Shown piece after piece: positions 1 to 8,679 of a stretch of 64,000 nt of DNA. The stretch spans positions 576,001 through 640,000 of the forward strand of contig CAVTMK010000004.1 in NCBI GenBank assembly GCA_963735805.1, written 5' to 3'. Positions within the stretch are counted from its first letter, which is position 1, and every line of letters begins with the position of its first letter. The notes under the pieces are model-generated. The model saw only the letters and a list, made by a program, of their open reading frames with translations. It searched no databases and was not told the DNA's origin. The translations under genes and the position numbers were made by a program. The DNA comes from an uncultured Verrucomicrobiae bacterium (lineage in GTDB: Bacteria; Verrucomicrobiota; Verrucomicrobiia; Chthoniobacterales; UBA10450).

Positions 1-1925
1 TGCGCGTTGACCGGCACCTTGGCGTAATCGAGCCGGATCGAGAGCAACTTTCCGCGCATGATCCAGTCGACGATTACGCCCGGCTTAACCAGTTCATCGA
101 GCTGCGGCCGGATCTCAGTCTCAAATTGTTCATGGGTAACGATTCCGCGCGGCCGCGAGAGTTTTTCGTGGCTGGACATCAGCTGCCCGTGCTGCTCGCA
201 CCATGCGCCGATCGCTTTCTTCAGCCATTTCACTAATGCCACCTCTCCCGAAGCAACCACCGTAGCGACCGGCAACTCCCGCCCATAATGGTTCTGCTCG
301 CGCAGCCGGCAGAGATTTCCCGTGCCGACTCCATCGAGCAGACGCGGCACGGTCAGCGCAGGTCGCCACCAATCGTTTTCGCGCACAAAAGCGCGACCGA
401 GCGTCACACTTTCTGCCGCCGGTTTCGCTTCCCATTGTTCGAGTAAGTTGAGCATCTCGATCATTCCCCGCCGGACGAACCGGGCACGCTCATCGGTCAC
501 CCAAAGTCCACAGGGCCGCGGCCCGGTCTCGAGTGAATGTTCCACGCCGAGAGGCACCCGTTGCACACTGAACAACGAACGGGTCAATTCCGCCGCCGCA
601 GCGAACGGGGTTGTCGCGCCCCCGGCCGCCGTCGCTGATATCTCAGTTCGATCTTCGACTCTCTGTCCTGTCGCTTTTTCGCCAGCGGACGCGTCCCGCC
701 GTAGCTTTAGCGAAGGCGGATTGCCGCGCTGTTTGGCTGCATGCATCACGCTGATCAGGCTGGGCCAATCAACCTGGGTTGCGCGTCTCAGCTGGCGCGC
801 CTTTGCGTCGCTCAACCGGGGCAGATCATTCGTGTAAAGCGCGTGACCGATTTCATCGAGACCACGGCGGCCGGCGCGACCAAACATCTGGAGTAGCTCG
901 TCCGCTTCGACCTGGCGCTCGAAATTGCCGGCGAAATAACGTCGATCGGTCACGATCACCGAGCGCATCGAAAAATTAATGCCGGCGGCAAGTCCCATCG
1001 TCGCCACGACGACGTCGAGTTGTCCCGCTTTTGCGAGCGATTCCACTACACCCGCCCGAGCTGCATAGCTCAGTCCGCTATGATGATACGCCACACGATT
1101 CCGCAAGAGTTTCGTCAGGCTCTTCCCCGCGGTTGCTTCCTGGGCCGGGGTGAGTCGCAGCGGATCGCGCACCGGCAGGGTCGACGCGATGACTTGCGCG
1201 ATCTGTTCGGCAGCGGCGCGACGCGGCGCGAACACCAACACCGGAGCGAGCTCCGCGCGCATGGCGCGGCCAATCATGCGCGGCCAGAAAGATCCGCCAG
1301 TCCGGTCAAAGACTGGCCGTGGCGAGCTCGGACTGCGCGACTGAACAAATTGGGAATCCGGCAAATTGCCGAGATCAGTTTCCTCCAGCGGCACCGGTCG
1401 CGTCTTATGTTCGATGAGGACGGCGTCACGTCCGATGCGTTGCAGCCAGGCGACCACGTCATGCGGGTTGGCCACGCTGCCGCTCAGGAAGAGCAACTGT
1501 GTTGCTTTCGGCGCAAGAGCGACGGCGAGCTCGTAATGCACGCCACGCATCGGATCGCCCAGCATTTGAAATTCATCCATGACCAGGAGACCCGGCCCTT
1601 CGCCGCGTAGAAACCGCCCGCGCTGCGTCTCCAGCGTCGCCACCACAACCTTGGCGTCGAGGTTTAGCGCGACGTCACCCGTGGATATGCCGACATCCCA
1701 GCCGCGCGCGCGCCATTCCGATAATTTATCGTTAGCGAGTGCGCGGGTCGGGACGGTGAACACCGCCTGCGTTTTCAGATTCGGATAAACCAGCTCGAAG
1801 ATGTAAGTCTTGCCCGATCCTGTCGGCGCCTGTACCACCACATCTTTTCCCTGTTGCAACGCGCGCACTGCCTCCTGTTGCCACAGATCGGGAATAACCA
1901 GTCGGCGCGAAAATCCCTCAATCAC
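1..1925 (-). CDS. DEAD/DEAH-box (Ski2/HelY-like) SF2 helicase, 3' end runs off the window
   Basis: Not in the ORF track because there is no stop in the window. Manual translation from GTG at 1925 gives MIEGFSRRLVIPDLWQQEAV..APTGSGKT (Walker A)..PTRALAND..MDEFQ (motif II)..LSGS..HHSGL..QMFGRAGRRG (motif VI). Frame is consistent at base 1. Confidence 0.92.
   Translation of the reverse strand, partial: MIEGFSRRLVIPDLWQQEAVRALQQGKDVVVQAPTGSGKTYIFELVYPNLKTQAVFTVPTRALANDKLSEWRARGWDVGISTGDVALNLDAKVVVATLETQRGRFLRGEGPGLLVMDEFQMLGDPMRGVHYELAVALAPKATQLLFLSGSVANPHDVVAWLQRIGRDAVLIEHKTRPVPLEETDLGNLPDSQFVQSRSPSSPRPVFDRTGGSFWPRMIGRAMRAELAPVLVFAPRRAAAEQIAQVIASTLPVRDPLRLTPAQEATAGKSLTKLLRNRVAYHHSGLSYAARAGVVESLAKAGQLDVVVATMGLAAGINFSMRSVIVTDRRYFAGNFERQVEADELLQMFGRAGRRGLDEIGHALYTNDLPRLSDAKARQLRRATQVDWPSLISVMHAAKQRGNPPSLKLRRDASAGEKATGQRVEDRTEISATAAGGATTPFAAAAELTRSLFSVQRVPLGVEHSLETGPRPCGLWVTDERARFVRRGMIEMLNLLEQWEAKPAAESVTLGRAFVRENDWWRPALTVPRLLDGVGTGNLCRLREQNHYGRELPVATVVASGEVALVKWLKKAIGAWCEQHGQLMSSHEKLSRPRGIVTHEQFETEIRPQLDELVKPGVIVDWIMRGKLLSIRLDYAKVPVNA
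695..720. repeat. Palindromic repeat (CCGCCGTAGCTTTAGCGAAGGCGG type) inserted in frame in the helicase
   Basis: Hairpin CCGCC..GGCGG read as PPSLKLRR in the helicase frame, inside a linker-like segment. Confidence 0.6.
1293..1334. repeat. Nested palindromic modules inserted in frame in the helicase
   Basis: GCCAGTC-N8-GACTGGC hairpin (1296-1317) plus pieces matching intergenic modules GTCCGAGCCGGACTGGC (2240) and CGCCACGGCGGA. Reads SPSSPRPVFDRTGG. Confidence 0.5.
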
Positions 1926-1997
1926 CCGCCAAGATGTTGCAACGTCGTCGCCTTGCAACGGCCGACCCGTGGGGCGCCTCGTCCGCGGCGGGACGAA

Positions 1998-2072
1998 TTG
2001 ACTTACTCGCTCCCGCTCATGTCGGCCCTTCGGCTTAATCCCATCTATGTCGCTCGCATCCCTGCGGCTCCA
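1998..2072 (-). mobile_element. Short TCAA-ended element, subtype A (75 bp)
   Basis: TTGACTTACTCGCTCCCGCTC...CTATGTCGCT...CGGCTCCA followed by TT. Near-copy at 7429-7501. Confidence 0.75.
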
Positions 2073-2100
2073 TTCGCCGGGGGCGAACATTTTCCATCTG

Positions 2101-2198
2101 CCACTTTAACGACCCGCTCGAGAAAACTTTCGAAGGTTAATTCGCCGCTGGACGAATCCGCCGTGGCGGACGTTTCAACGCATCACGCGGCGACAGCC
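2101..2198 (-). repeat. Composite GGCTGTCGCC-(palindromic modules)-GTTAAAG repeat, empty-site copy
   Basis: Reverse complement aligns with 9255-9350, and with 7395-7663 once the inserted elements are removed. Confidence 0.8.
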
Positions 2199-2209
2199 CC
2201 TGCTTGCAA

Positions 2210-2308
2210 TGGAGCTGATGGGATCAGCGACATAGAAGGGTCCGAGCCGGACTGGCAACTAGTGACGAGGGTAGGAGCGAGCGAGTGCGGGCAGCGAGCG
2301 AGTTTCAA
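2210..2308 (+). mobile_element. Short TCAA-ended element, subtype B, with a nested hairpin module (99 bp)
   Basis: AA|TGGAGCTGATGGGATCAGCGACATAGAAGG...GAGCGAGTTTCAA. Homologous to 4253-4334, 7502-7581, 8599-8679 and 9482-9562. Confidence 0.8.
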
Positions 2309-2448
2309 TCGGGATAGGGACCTGGCGGACGAACCGCACTGATGTTCATCGGTTTTTGGTTCTCGCAACGCGTGCGGCCTTGCTGATAGGATCGACACAG
2401 TGGAAGTCGACGCTTTTACCCGGCCTCGGTTTGATCTATTGTGAGTTC

Positions 2449-2652
2449 ATGACATTGCGGCTAGTTGTCGAATACGATTCGGAAACGAAGCGTTGGGCGG
2501 CATTTTTTCCGGAATTGCCCGGTTGCGCTTCCGCTGGCGACACAGAGGACGAAGCGATCGAAAATGCAAAGGAAGCTCTTGAACTCTGGTTTGAGCCAAC
2601 GCCGGTCGCTTTGTCTGCCGGCGCAAAAGTTTTGGAAGTCGCGCTCACGTGA
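2449..2652 (+). CDS. hicB: HicB-family antitoxin (short, no DNA-binding domain)
   Basis: MTLRLVVEYD..FPELPGCASAGDTEDEAIENAKEALELW is the HicB signature. Start moved to ATG 2449. Confidence 0.9.
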   Translation: MTLRLVVEYDSETKRWAAFFPELPGCASAGDTEDEAIENAKEALELWFEPTPVALSAGAKVLEVALT

Positions 2653-2947
2653 ATACGCCGTGCTGGGGAGCCGGTGGATGGACTGCATTGGTCGCATGGT
2701 GATGCGACCGAGCGATCGGGAGATCGCGAGTCAACGAGCGCTTCCCCGTTTGCACCGCCAAACAGGTCATTCGCGTCTTGCGTAAACATGGTTTTGCTCT
2801 AGTGAGCCAAAAAGGAAGCCACCAAAAATGGCGTCATCCAAATAGCCGTCAGGTAATCGTCGCCATGCACGGGAATAAGCCAATTCCGATCGGCACCTTG
2901 AAAAGCATCATCGAAGGAGCTGCCTTAACTGCCGAGGATTTCCGCTG
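2649..2947 (+). pseudogene. hicA: HicA-family mRNA interferase interrupted by an 81-bp insertion after codon 1
   Basis: GTG overlaps the hicB stop. Removing 2654-2734 gives MNERFPVCTAKQVIRVLRKHGFALVSQKGSHQKWRHPNSRQVIVAMHGNKPIPIGTLKSIIEGAALTAEDFR* (GSH motif, IPIGTLKSI). The insert carries an in-frame TGA at 2700. Confidence 0.88.
2654..2734 (+). mobile_element. Short TCAA-ended element, subtype D (81 bp), inside hicA
   Basis: Follows AA and ends GATCGCGAGTCAA. Internal hairpin GGTCGCAT-GGTG-ATGCGACC. Precise removal restores hicA. Confidence 0.75.
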
Positions 2948-3167
2948 AAAACGTTCGCGGCCTCGGCGACGAAGGATGGGGATCGGTGTCCAAGAAGATC
3001 AGGTGCGGCAAGCGGCGAATTTGATCCCAGCAGATTCGATCGATCATAAGCCGCTTATGATGCATGAATTTTACGATCACTTGAGTCCGAGATTCGCGTC
3101 GCGCGCGGACGTAACGGTCCTCAAGCTCGGCTCGGTGCCGCTGTCCGTTGTCACCGCGCGGGTCGCC

Positions 3168-4145
3168 CTACGGCCGCAGATGTTGCGTGAACCAATCCGT
3201 CGCGGCCTTCGCCGCGCGGTCGAACTGGTCGGTGTAAGCCGAGAAGTGACCACCGGGGTAGAGCTCCAGCCGCTTGGGTTCGCCGGCGCGGTTGAACGCC
3301 GCCAGGCTGAGGTCGGTGGGGCAGATGGCGTCTGCATCGCCGACCACCATGAGTAGCGGCGTCGGCGCGATCCGCTCGATGAATGCGCCGGGCTCGTACT
3401 CCGAGTACATCTCGAGCGACCGCAGCGTGATTTCGTTGCGCCATTTCTTAAACCGCCACTTGTCCTTATCCGGCGCGTTCTTGCCCGTAAAAAACTCCCA
3501 CGCGTCTGCACTCCCGTGTGACGCCGCGCCGCCCGCGGCGGGATCGGCTACCATCGGGACCATTTTCGGCGGGTTCCCCTTGTACCGCTCGAGGCGATCC
3601 GCGTCCCAGGCGTCGCGCTGGCCGGGAAGCGCCTGCGGCGCGATCCGCCTCAGCGTCGTCTGCCACCCGCTGATCGTCGGCACCTGTGCGACCACGCAGC
3701 GCACACGTCGATCGATCGCGGCGACGACGAGGACGTGGCCGCCCGCGTAGCTCGTGCCCCAGATGCCGATCCGCTGAGGATCGACGCCGTCCAGCGTCTG
3801 CACGAACGTGATCGCGTTGCGATAGTCGCGGACCTGCATCCACGGGTCCAACTCCTGCCGCGGCTCTCCGTCGCTCTCCCCGAAATTGCGGTGGTCGTAC
3901 GCAAGTACGACATGACCCGCGTTCGCGAAAGCGGCCGCGTACCGGTCCAGGTAGAGCTCCTTAATACAATTGTAGCCGTGAGCCATGACCACGGCGGGAG
4001 CGGTTGCCGCGCGGCCTCGCGGACGGTACAGCCATCCCCGAAGCGTTGTCCCGTCCGCGTCGAACTCGACCTTGCTGGCCTCGTGCGCCGGTTCCGTGCT
4101 GAGCACGATCGCATCATCTCCGCCCGCGAACGGCGGGTCAAGCAC
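3168..4145 (-). CDS. Alpha/beta-fold hydrolase (S15/X-Pro peptidase-like), start uncertain
   Basis: VVMAHGY, YDHRNFGESDGEPRQ, nucleophile elbow GTSYAGG, C-terminal GGHF. The ORF-track extension to 4487 reads through repeat DNA. Confidence 0.8.
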   Translation of the reverse strand: MLDPPFAGGDDAIVLSTEPAHEASKVEFDADGTTLRGWLYRPRGRAATAPAVVMAHGYNCIKELYLDRYAAAFANAGHVVLAYDHRNFGESDGEPRQELDPWMQVRDYRNAITFVQTLDGVDPQRIGIWGTSYAGGHVLVVAAIDRRVRCVVAQVPTISGWQTTLRRIAPQALPGQRDAWDADRLERYKGNPPKMVPMVADPAAGGAASHGSADAWEFFTGKNAPDKDKWRFKKWRNEITLRSLEMYSEYEPGAFIERIAPTPLLMVVGDADAICPTDLSLAAFNRAGEPKRLELYPGGHFSAYTDQFDRAAKAATDWFTQHLRP

Positions 4146-4240
4146 CCAGAGGCGCCTGCGGTGCGTGATAACGCGCACACGCCTCGACTCCGCGCGAATA
4201 ATTATCGAAAGATTTGGCCGGAATCGGCGAACTATGATTA

Positions 4241-5507
4241 ATGACTCTGCAATGAAGGTGATGGGATCATCGACATAAAAGGTAAAGCCGCGACGGGTAG
4301 CGGCGAGCGACTTGGGGAAACGAGCGAGTTTCAATTTTCGCGCATTCATCAGTCCGCAACTGAGACTGCAACGCCACTGGGATCGAAGACTAACCTCGGG
4401 GTCGATCCGCGTTTTCAAAATCGCGAACGCCAGCCCGGCCTCGATCTTCTCCGCGCGCTCGCAATTATCGTGGTGGTTGTTTATCACGCTGCGCTGTTCG
4501 GATTCAAATTGCCCGGGCGCGTGGACCGGTTCGGCTGGATCGGTGTCGATTTGTTTTTTGTTCTTAGCGGTTATTTAATCGGCGGGCAATTGCTCGCCCC
4601 GCTTGCCCGCGGTAAGCGCATCAATCTCGGACGATTCTTCACCCGACGCGCGTTGCGAATCATGCCGGCATACTTCGCAGTTCTCGCGATTTACTTTTTG
4701 TTGCCCTCATGGCGCGAATATCCCGACATGTCGCAGCCGCTTTGGAAATTTCTGTTATCGGTGCAAAACATCGCGCTCCATGGCGGAACAGCGTTCTCAC
4801 ATGCCTGGTCGCTCGCGGTCGAAGACCAATTTTATCTAGCGCTACCTTTTCTTTTGCTCTTTCTCTTTCCCCGTCCGCGCCTGGCCATCATCATTCCATG
4901 CCTGATCGTTATTGGCGGCATCGGCTTACGCGCTTTTCTGGCTGCACAGAATCCATCAGTTGATGGCGGCGGCGTATCGTTCCGCGGGTTTCAAGCGTGG
5001 ATCTATTATCCAACCTGGACCCGCCTCGATCCGCTCGTATTCGGCGTCGCGCTGGCCGCAATCGAGAAATTTCGACCGACCTGGTGGCAACGCATCATCA
5101 ACTGCGCACCCTGGCTTTTGCTGCCCGCGCTAGGGCTATTCGCGTACGCATTGTATCTCGGCGAAACCGAAACACTCACCGTCTCTGCGTGCGTCTGGCA
5201 ATTCCCACTCATCGCTGTCGGCATGGCCGCGCTTCTTGTTTGCGCGATCAGTCCGCGTCTGCCGCTCTGTCGAGTGGCGATTCCCGGCGCCGCGTTCATC
5301 GCCAGCATCGCCTACAGCGCATACTTGATTCAGAAACTGGTCATTAATGGGGTCGAACAATTCTGCACAACTCACAACATCGATCTCACTTCTGCGTCCG
5401 CGCTTCTCGGCGTCGAACTCTGTGTCTACGCCGCAGCTACTGTTCTATTCCTATCGATCGAGCGTCCGTTCCTGCTTCTTCGTCGAAGGCTTACTGCTCG
5501 TAAGTAA
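4241..5507 (+). pseudogene. Acyltransferase-3 (OafA/YrhL-like) membrane O-acyltransferase, interrupted after codon 4 by an 82-bp element
   Basis: Motifs RQPGLDLLRALAI, GVDLFFVLSGYL, RRALRIMP, HAWSLAVEDQFY, SIERPF. The GLDLLR motif lies upstream of the track start (4470). ATG 4241 joins it in frame only when 4253-4334 is removed. Confidence 0.82.
4253..4334 (+). mobile_element. Short TCAA-ended element, subtype B (82 bp), inside the acyltransferase 5' end
   Basis: AA|TGAAGGTGATGGGATCATCGACATAAAAGGTAAAGCCG...CGAGCGAGTTTCAA. Confidence 0.82.
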
Positions 5508-5693
5508 ACGCGTCGCGCGGGTGGATTTGTGCGGGACTTTCCCAGCATCGATCGCCTGCAAACCTTCGGCGAACGCGCCGACAACTTGCTTCAAAGAAAT
5601 GTCCACTACGAAACGAGAGCAGAAAATTCTTGCTTCGTCGCTTCCCAAGCTTTCTTGCAACCAGCGCGGCAAGTCACCTAATCTCTCTTCGCA

Positions 5694-6199
5694 ATGGCGC
5701 CGCCACTAACTAGTGAGATTGCAGAACGACGCCGAATTTTTCGCGCGCTCGTACCGTACTTCGGCACTGTCCAACCAGTAGTTTTTTTCCAACGAACTGG
5801 TGAAACAATTCCTGGCATCGTGCGCATTCACAATTTCATCGAGGGAATCTACAAGCCGAAAGGCGCCGCTTACACGCTGAGCATTTCGTCGATGTTGAAG
5901 AGCCCGTACAGCGACCGGGTCTTTTACAATCCAGATCGGACGTGGTGGATGCAGTACAGCTCAAAGAAAGGTGCAATGGACCACGCGATGAACGCGAGTC
6001 TCGTCCGTTGTATGACCGATCACCAGCCGGTGCTCGTCCTGCGTCAGGTTTCGGATAAGAGCAGTGCAGAAGGTTCGCGTCATAGGCGGTGGAACTCGAC
6101 CACCGGAAAATACTGTTGCCAAAAGATTCCTGCTATTGGCCGCATCCAGATGCCTTGGCTTGGCACAAGCAAGAAGTATTTGATCGATTTTCGCCGTAG
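5694..6199 (+). pseudogene. SRA-like/HNH-type restriction nuclease remnant with an internal deletion and frameshift
   Basis: N-terminal GIYKPKG..YTLSI..PYSD domain in one frame. From ~6086 a second frame gives ELDHRKILLPKDSCYWPHPDALAWHKQEVF*, a typical HNH-endonuclease C-terminus. The HNH core is missing. Confidence 0.6.
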
Positions 6200-6243
6200 C
6201 CTGCCTCGAGGATGTTCGATTGCTGCTGGACAGAACCTAAACA

Positions 6244-7218
6244 TTGAAAGCTCGCTCGAAACAACTCGTCGATCGCGCAGTCGCGGCAACCGTGGCAGCG
6301 ATCGAAATCTACAACAAACCCGATTTCCAGTACCGGAATGAGACGTTCGCGGTGCTGGCCGTAAACGGATGGGAGCTTTTATTTAAAGCGAAGTGGTTAG
6401 TCGATCATGACAATGACATCCGCAGCCTGTATGTCGCCCAGCCGCAAAAGAAAAAGGATGGTACTTTGAGCAAAAGGGCAAAGATCAAAGGCACACGTTC
6501 AGGAAATCCTTTCACCCACAGCATCGAGTTTCTTGCCAGGAGGCTAGTGCAGCAGAAACGCCTTGACGCAGCAGTTTGGAAAAACATCGAGTTGCTATTG
6601 GAGATTAGAGATTCAGCGGTGCATTTCTACAATCAATCGCCGGCATTTGCGCTGCGGCTGTATGAAGTTGGCGCTGCGTCAGTCAAAAATTTCGTTGCAG
6701 TGTTGGAGGACTGGTTCAAACGAGATTTGTCAGAATTCAATCTGTACCTGCTGCCGCTTTCCTTTGCGGGTACGCCGTCGAAATCCAAAACTGTGTTTAA
6801 TACTGAAGAGAAAAAATTCTTAAGTTATCTCGCCGAGCTTGAGCCAAAAACAGCGGATCCTAGTGGCCGATTTTCAATAACTGTGAATGTCGACGTAAAG
6901 TTCGTGCGGTCGAAATCGAGGGATGCAATACCTGTTATCGTTACCAAAGATCGGAAGGCTACCGCAATTCAGCTTACAGAGGAGTTAATCCGCGAAAAAT
7001 ACCCGTGGGACTACAACCAGTTAACGAGCGAATGCAAAAAGCGGTACTCAGATTTTAAAGTGGTCGATGAGTATCACGATATGCGTAGGAAACTTCTCGC
7101 CGATCCAAGATTCGGAACAATTCGCTACCTTGATCCAGGCAATCCGAAGAGTTCCAAGAAGCCTTTGTTCGATCCGAACATTCTAGCGGAGCTCGACAAA
7201 CACTACACTCGCAAATAG
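6244..7218 (+). CDS. DUF3644-family protein (HEPN-like, RxxxxH), likely defence effector
   Basis: AAIEIYNKPDFQYRNETFAVLAVNGWELL is the DUF3644 N-terminus. RDSAVH fits the HEPN RxxxxH motif. Sequence is visibly AT-richer than the core genes. Confidence 0.8.
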   Translation: MKARSKQLVDRAVAATVAAIEIYNKPDFQYRNETFAVLAVNGWELLFKAKWLVDHDNDIRSLYVAQPQKKKDGTLSKRAKIKGTRSGNPFTHSIEFLARRLVQQKRLDAAVWKNIELLLEIRDSAVHFYNQSPAFALRLYEVGAASVKNFVAVLEDWFKRDLSEFNLYLLPLSFAGTPSKSKTVFNTEEKKFLSYLAELEPKTADPSGRFSITVNVDVKFVRSKSRDAIPVIVTKDRKATAIQLTEELIREKYPWDYNQLTSECKKRYSDFKVVDEYHDMRRKLLADPRFGTIRYLDPGNPKSSKKPLFDPNILAELDKHYTRK

Positions 7219-7428
7219 TCGCGACAGACACGGGTTGCTCTGGTCATTGAGTCAGCGAGGCGACGATGCGTTCGGTCAAGGCCGAAACCTGGGAACTACG
7301 AAGGGAGAAGACCGGAAGGATGAATTAAAAAGTAAAAAGGATGAAGTCGGCTGACTGATTAGCCTCGCGTTTGATCCGCCGTTCGTGTAAGACTGGCTGT
7401 CGCCACGTAATTCGTCCGCCATGGCGGA

Positions 7429-7501
7429 TTGACTTATTCGCTCCCGCTCCTAAGGCCTCTCGGCTTGGCCCATCTATGTCGCTTTCATCCCTTCGGCTCC
7501 A
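7429..7501 (-). mobile_element. Short TCAA-ended element, subtype A (73 bp)
   Basis: Near-copy of 1998-2072. Abuts the subtype B copy at a TT junction. Confidence 0.8.
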
Positions 7502-7581
7502 TTGAAACTCGCTCGCTTCCCTCCCTCGCTCGTCGCTACCTCGCCACTTTACCTTCTATGTCGCTTATCCCAGTCGCTCCA
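7502..7581 (-). mobile_element. Short TCAA-ended element, subtype B (80 bp)
   Basis: TTGAAACTCGCTCG...TTTACCTTCTATGTCGCT...CGCTCCA|TT. Nearly identical to 8599-8679. Confidence 0.85.
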
Positions 7582-7674
7582 TTCGTCCAAAGGCGAATTG
7601 AACTCCGAAAGTTTTCGCGAGCGGGTTGTTGAACAGGGTTAAATCGTTGAATCGTTAAATCGGAGGAAAACCGC

Positions 7675-7914
7675 TCACGATGCGTGCGCGAATGCTGGCG
7701 CCGGCGGTTTGATGCCTTGTTCGGCTGCGACTTCCAGAGCGCCTTCGAGCGCGAGCTGAATCTGGCGTGCCGCTTCTTCGCGCGTATCGCCATGCGCCAT
7801 GATCCCGGGCCATTCGACGACTTGGGCAATGAAGCATTCGTCGCCTTTCTCCGCCGAATACCAAATGCGGATTTCGTAGTCGCGAGGATCGGGTTGCATC
7901 GGTGTTTTCATCAT
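7675..7914 (-). CDS. hicB: HicB-family antitoxin
   Basis: DECFIAQVVEWPGIMAHGDTREEAARQIQLAL. Overlaps the stop of the upstream hicA-like gene. Confidence 0.85.
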   Translation of the reverse strand: MMKTPMQPDPRDYEIRIWYSAEKGDECFIAQVVEWPGIMAHGDTREEAARQIQLALEGALEVAAEQGIKPPAPAFAHAS

Positions 7915-8159
7915 GGTTTGAGATACAATTTTTGCAACTCTTCGCGCACCTGCCGCACTTGATAGCCCTTGGCTTTTCCGCCGGTGCTTTGCTGCAAGTT
8001 AAGAAAACTCGGTCCGCGCTGAAATATTATGTGGCTGCCTTTCGTTTTCCTTCCAACATAGCCGAGCTTCGTAAGCAGCGTGCAGAGATCGTCGAACGGA
8101 AAATTCGCGTCGCTCTGGGCAGACATGAGCTTCTCGAATAGTTTCTCGGCCTTGCTCAT
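7911..8159 (-). CDS. hicA: HicA-family toxin
   Basis: MSKAEKLFEKLM..DANFPFDDLCTLLTKLGY..GSHIIF..GKAKGYQVRQVR. Start moved to ATG 8159. Confidence 0.85.
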   Translation of the reverse strand: MSKAEKLFEKLMSAQSDANFPFDDLCTLLTKLGYVGRKTKGSHIIFQRGPSFLNLQQSTGGKAKGYQVRQVREELQKLYLKP

Positions 8160-8487
8160 GCGCCAAAATTGTAGCGGTCCGGGCCTTGGTGAGAACAACA
8201 ATTTCAGATTTGCCGCTGACACTCCGAAAACGCTCGCGAGCAGGTCGTTAAACTGGAGAATCATTTGAAACTCATTCGCCGCCTGCACTGATTCTCTCCT
8301 ACTGCCATTCCCAATTGCAGTGCCCGGCTTCCTAGGCACTCTCGCTGCTCTCGGCACGCCTTCCGAAAGCGTGTCGCCGGTTTCCCTAGATCGACAACTT
8401 TGTGTTGCAACCTCCCGCCGTAAAGTTTTCTCCCGAAAACCGCTCCCGACGTAAAGCTAATTCCCATCAACGCTTCGCGACTTTATT

Positions 8488-8598
8488 TTGATCACTCGCA
8501 CGGCCCAGTGCTTGCGCCAGCTACCCTAGCTGCGTTGCCGTCTGCCCGCGCGATGCCCGATCGCGACGTGTTCTATGTCGCTGGTCCCTTTGGCTCCA
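8488..8598 (-). mobile_element. Short TCAA-ended element, subtype C (111 bp)
   Basis: TTGATCACTCGC...TTCTATGTCGCTGGTCCCTTTGGCTCCA|TT. Same ends as subtypes A and B, different interior. Confidence 0.7.
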
Positions 8599-8679
8599 TT
8601 GAAACTCGCTCGCTTCCCTCTCTCGCTCGTCGCTACCCTCGCGACTTTACCTTCTATGTCGCTTATCCCAGTCGCTCCA
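8599..8679 (-). mobile_element. Short TCAA-ended element, subtype B (81 bp)
   Basis: Near-identical to 7502-7581 and followed by the same TTCGTCCAAAGGCGAA flank. Confidence 0.85.

Larger units (their letters stand above)
7395..7663 (+). repeat. Composite GGCTGTCGCC repeat, filled copy carrying two tandem TCAA-ended elements
   Basis: Flanks match 9255-9350. Ends in octamer repeats GTTRAAWC and CGG. Confidence 0.8.

Noticed and set aside
58..1800. Plus-strand ORFs in the track
   Set aside because: They are shadows of the minus-strand helicase, which the track missed because it has no stop in the window.
2654..4334. Self-splicing introns in hicA and the acyltransferase
   Set aside because: Far too short for group I/II introns, and a homologous copy lies antisense in the marC fragment while others are intergenic. 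DNA-level insertion is more parsimonious, although RNA-level removal was not tested.
4146..4487. N-terminal extension of the 439-aa hydrolase ORF
   Set aside because: It reads through the inserted element and the antisense strand of the acyltransferase.
5507..5610. Possible 5' stub of another gene on the minus strand (VDISLKQVVGAFAEGLQAIDAGKVPHKS)
   Set aside because: Protein-like, but too short to assign without a database search.
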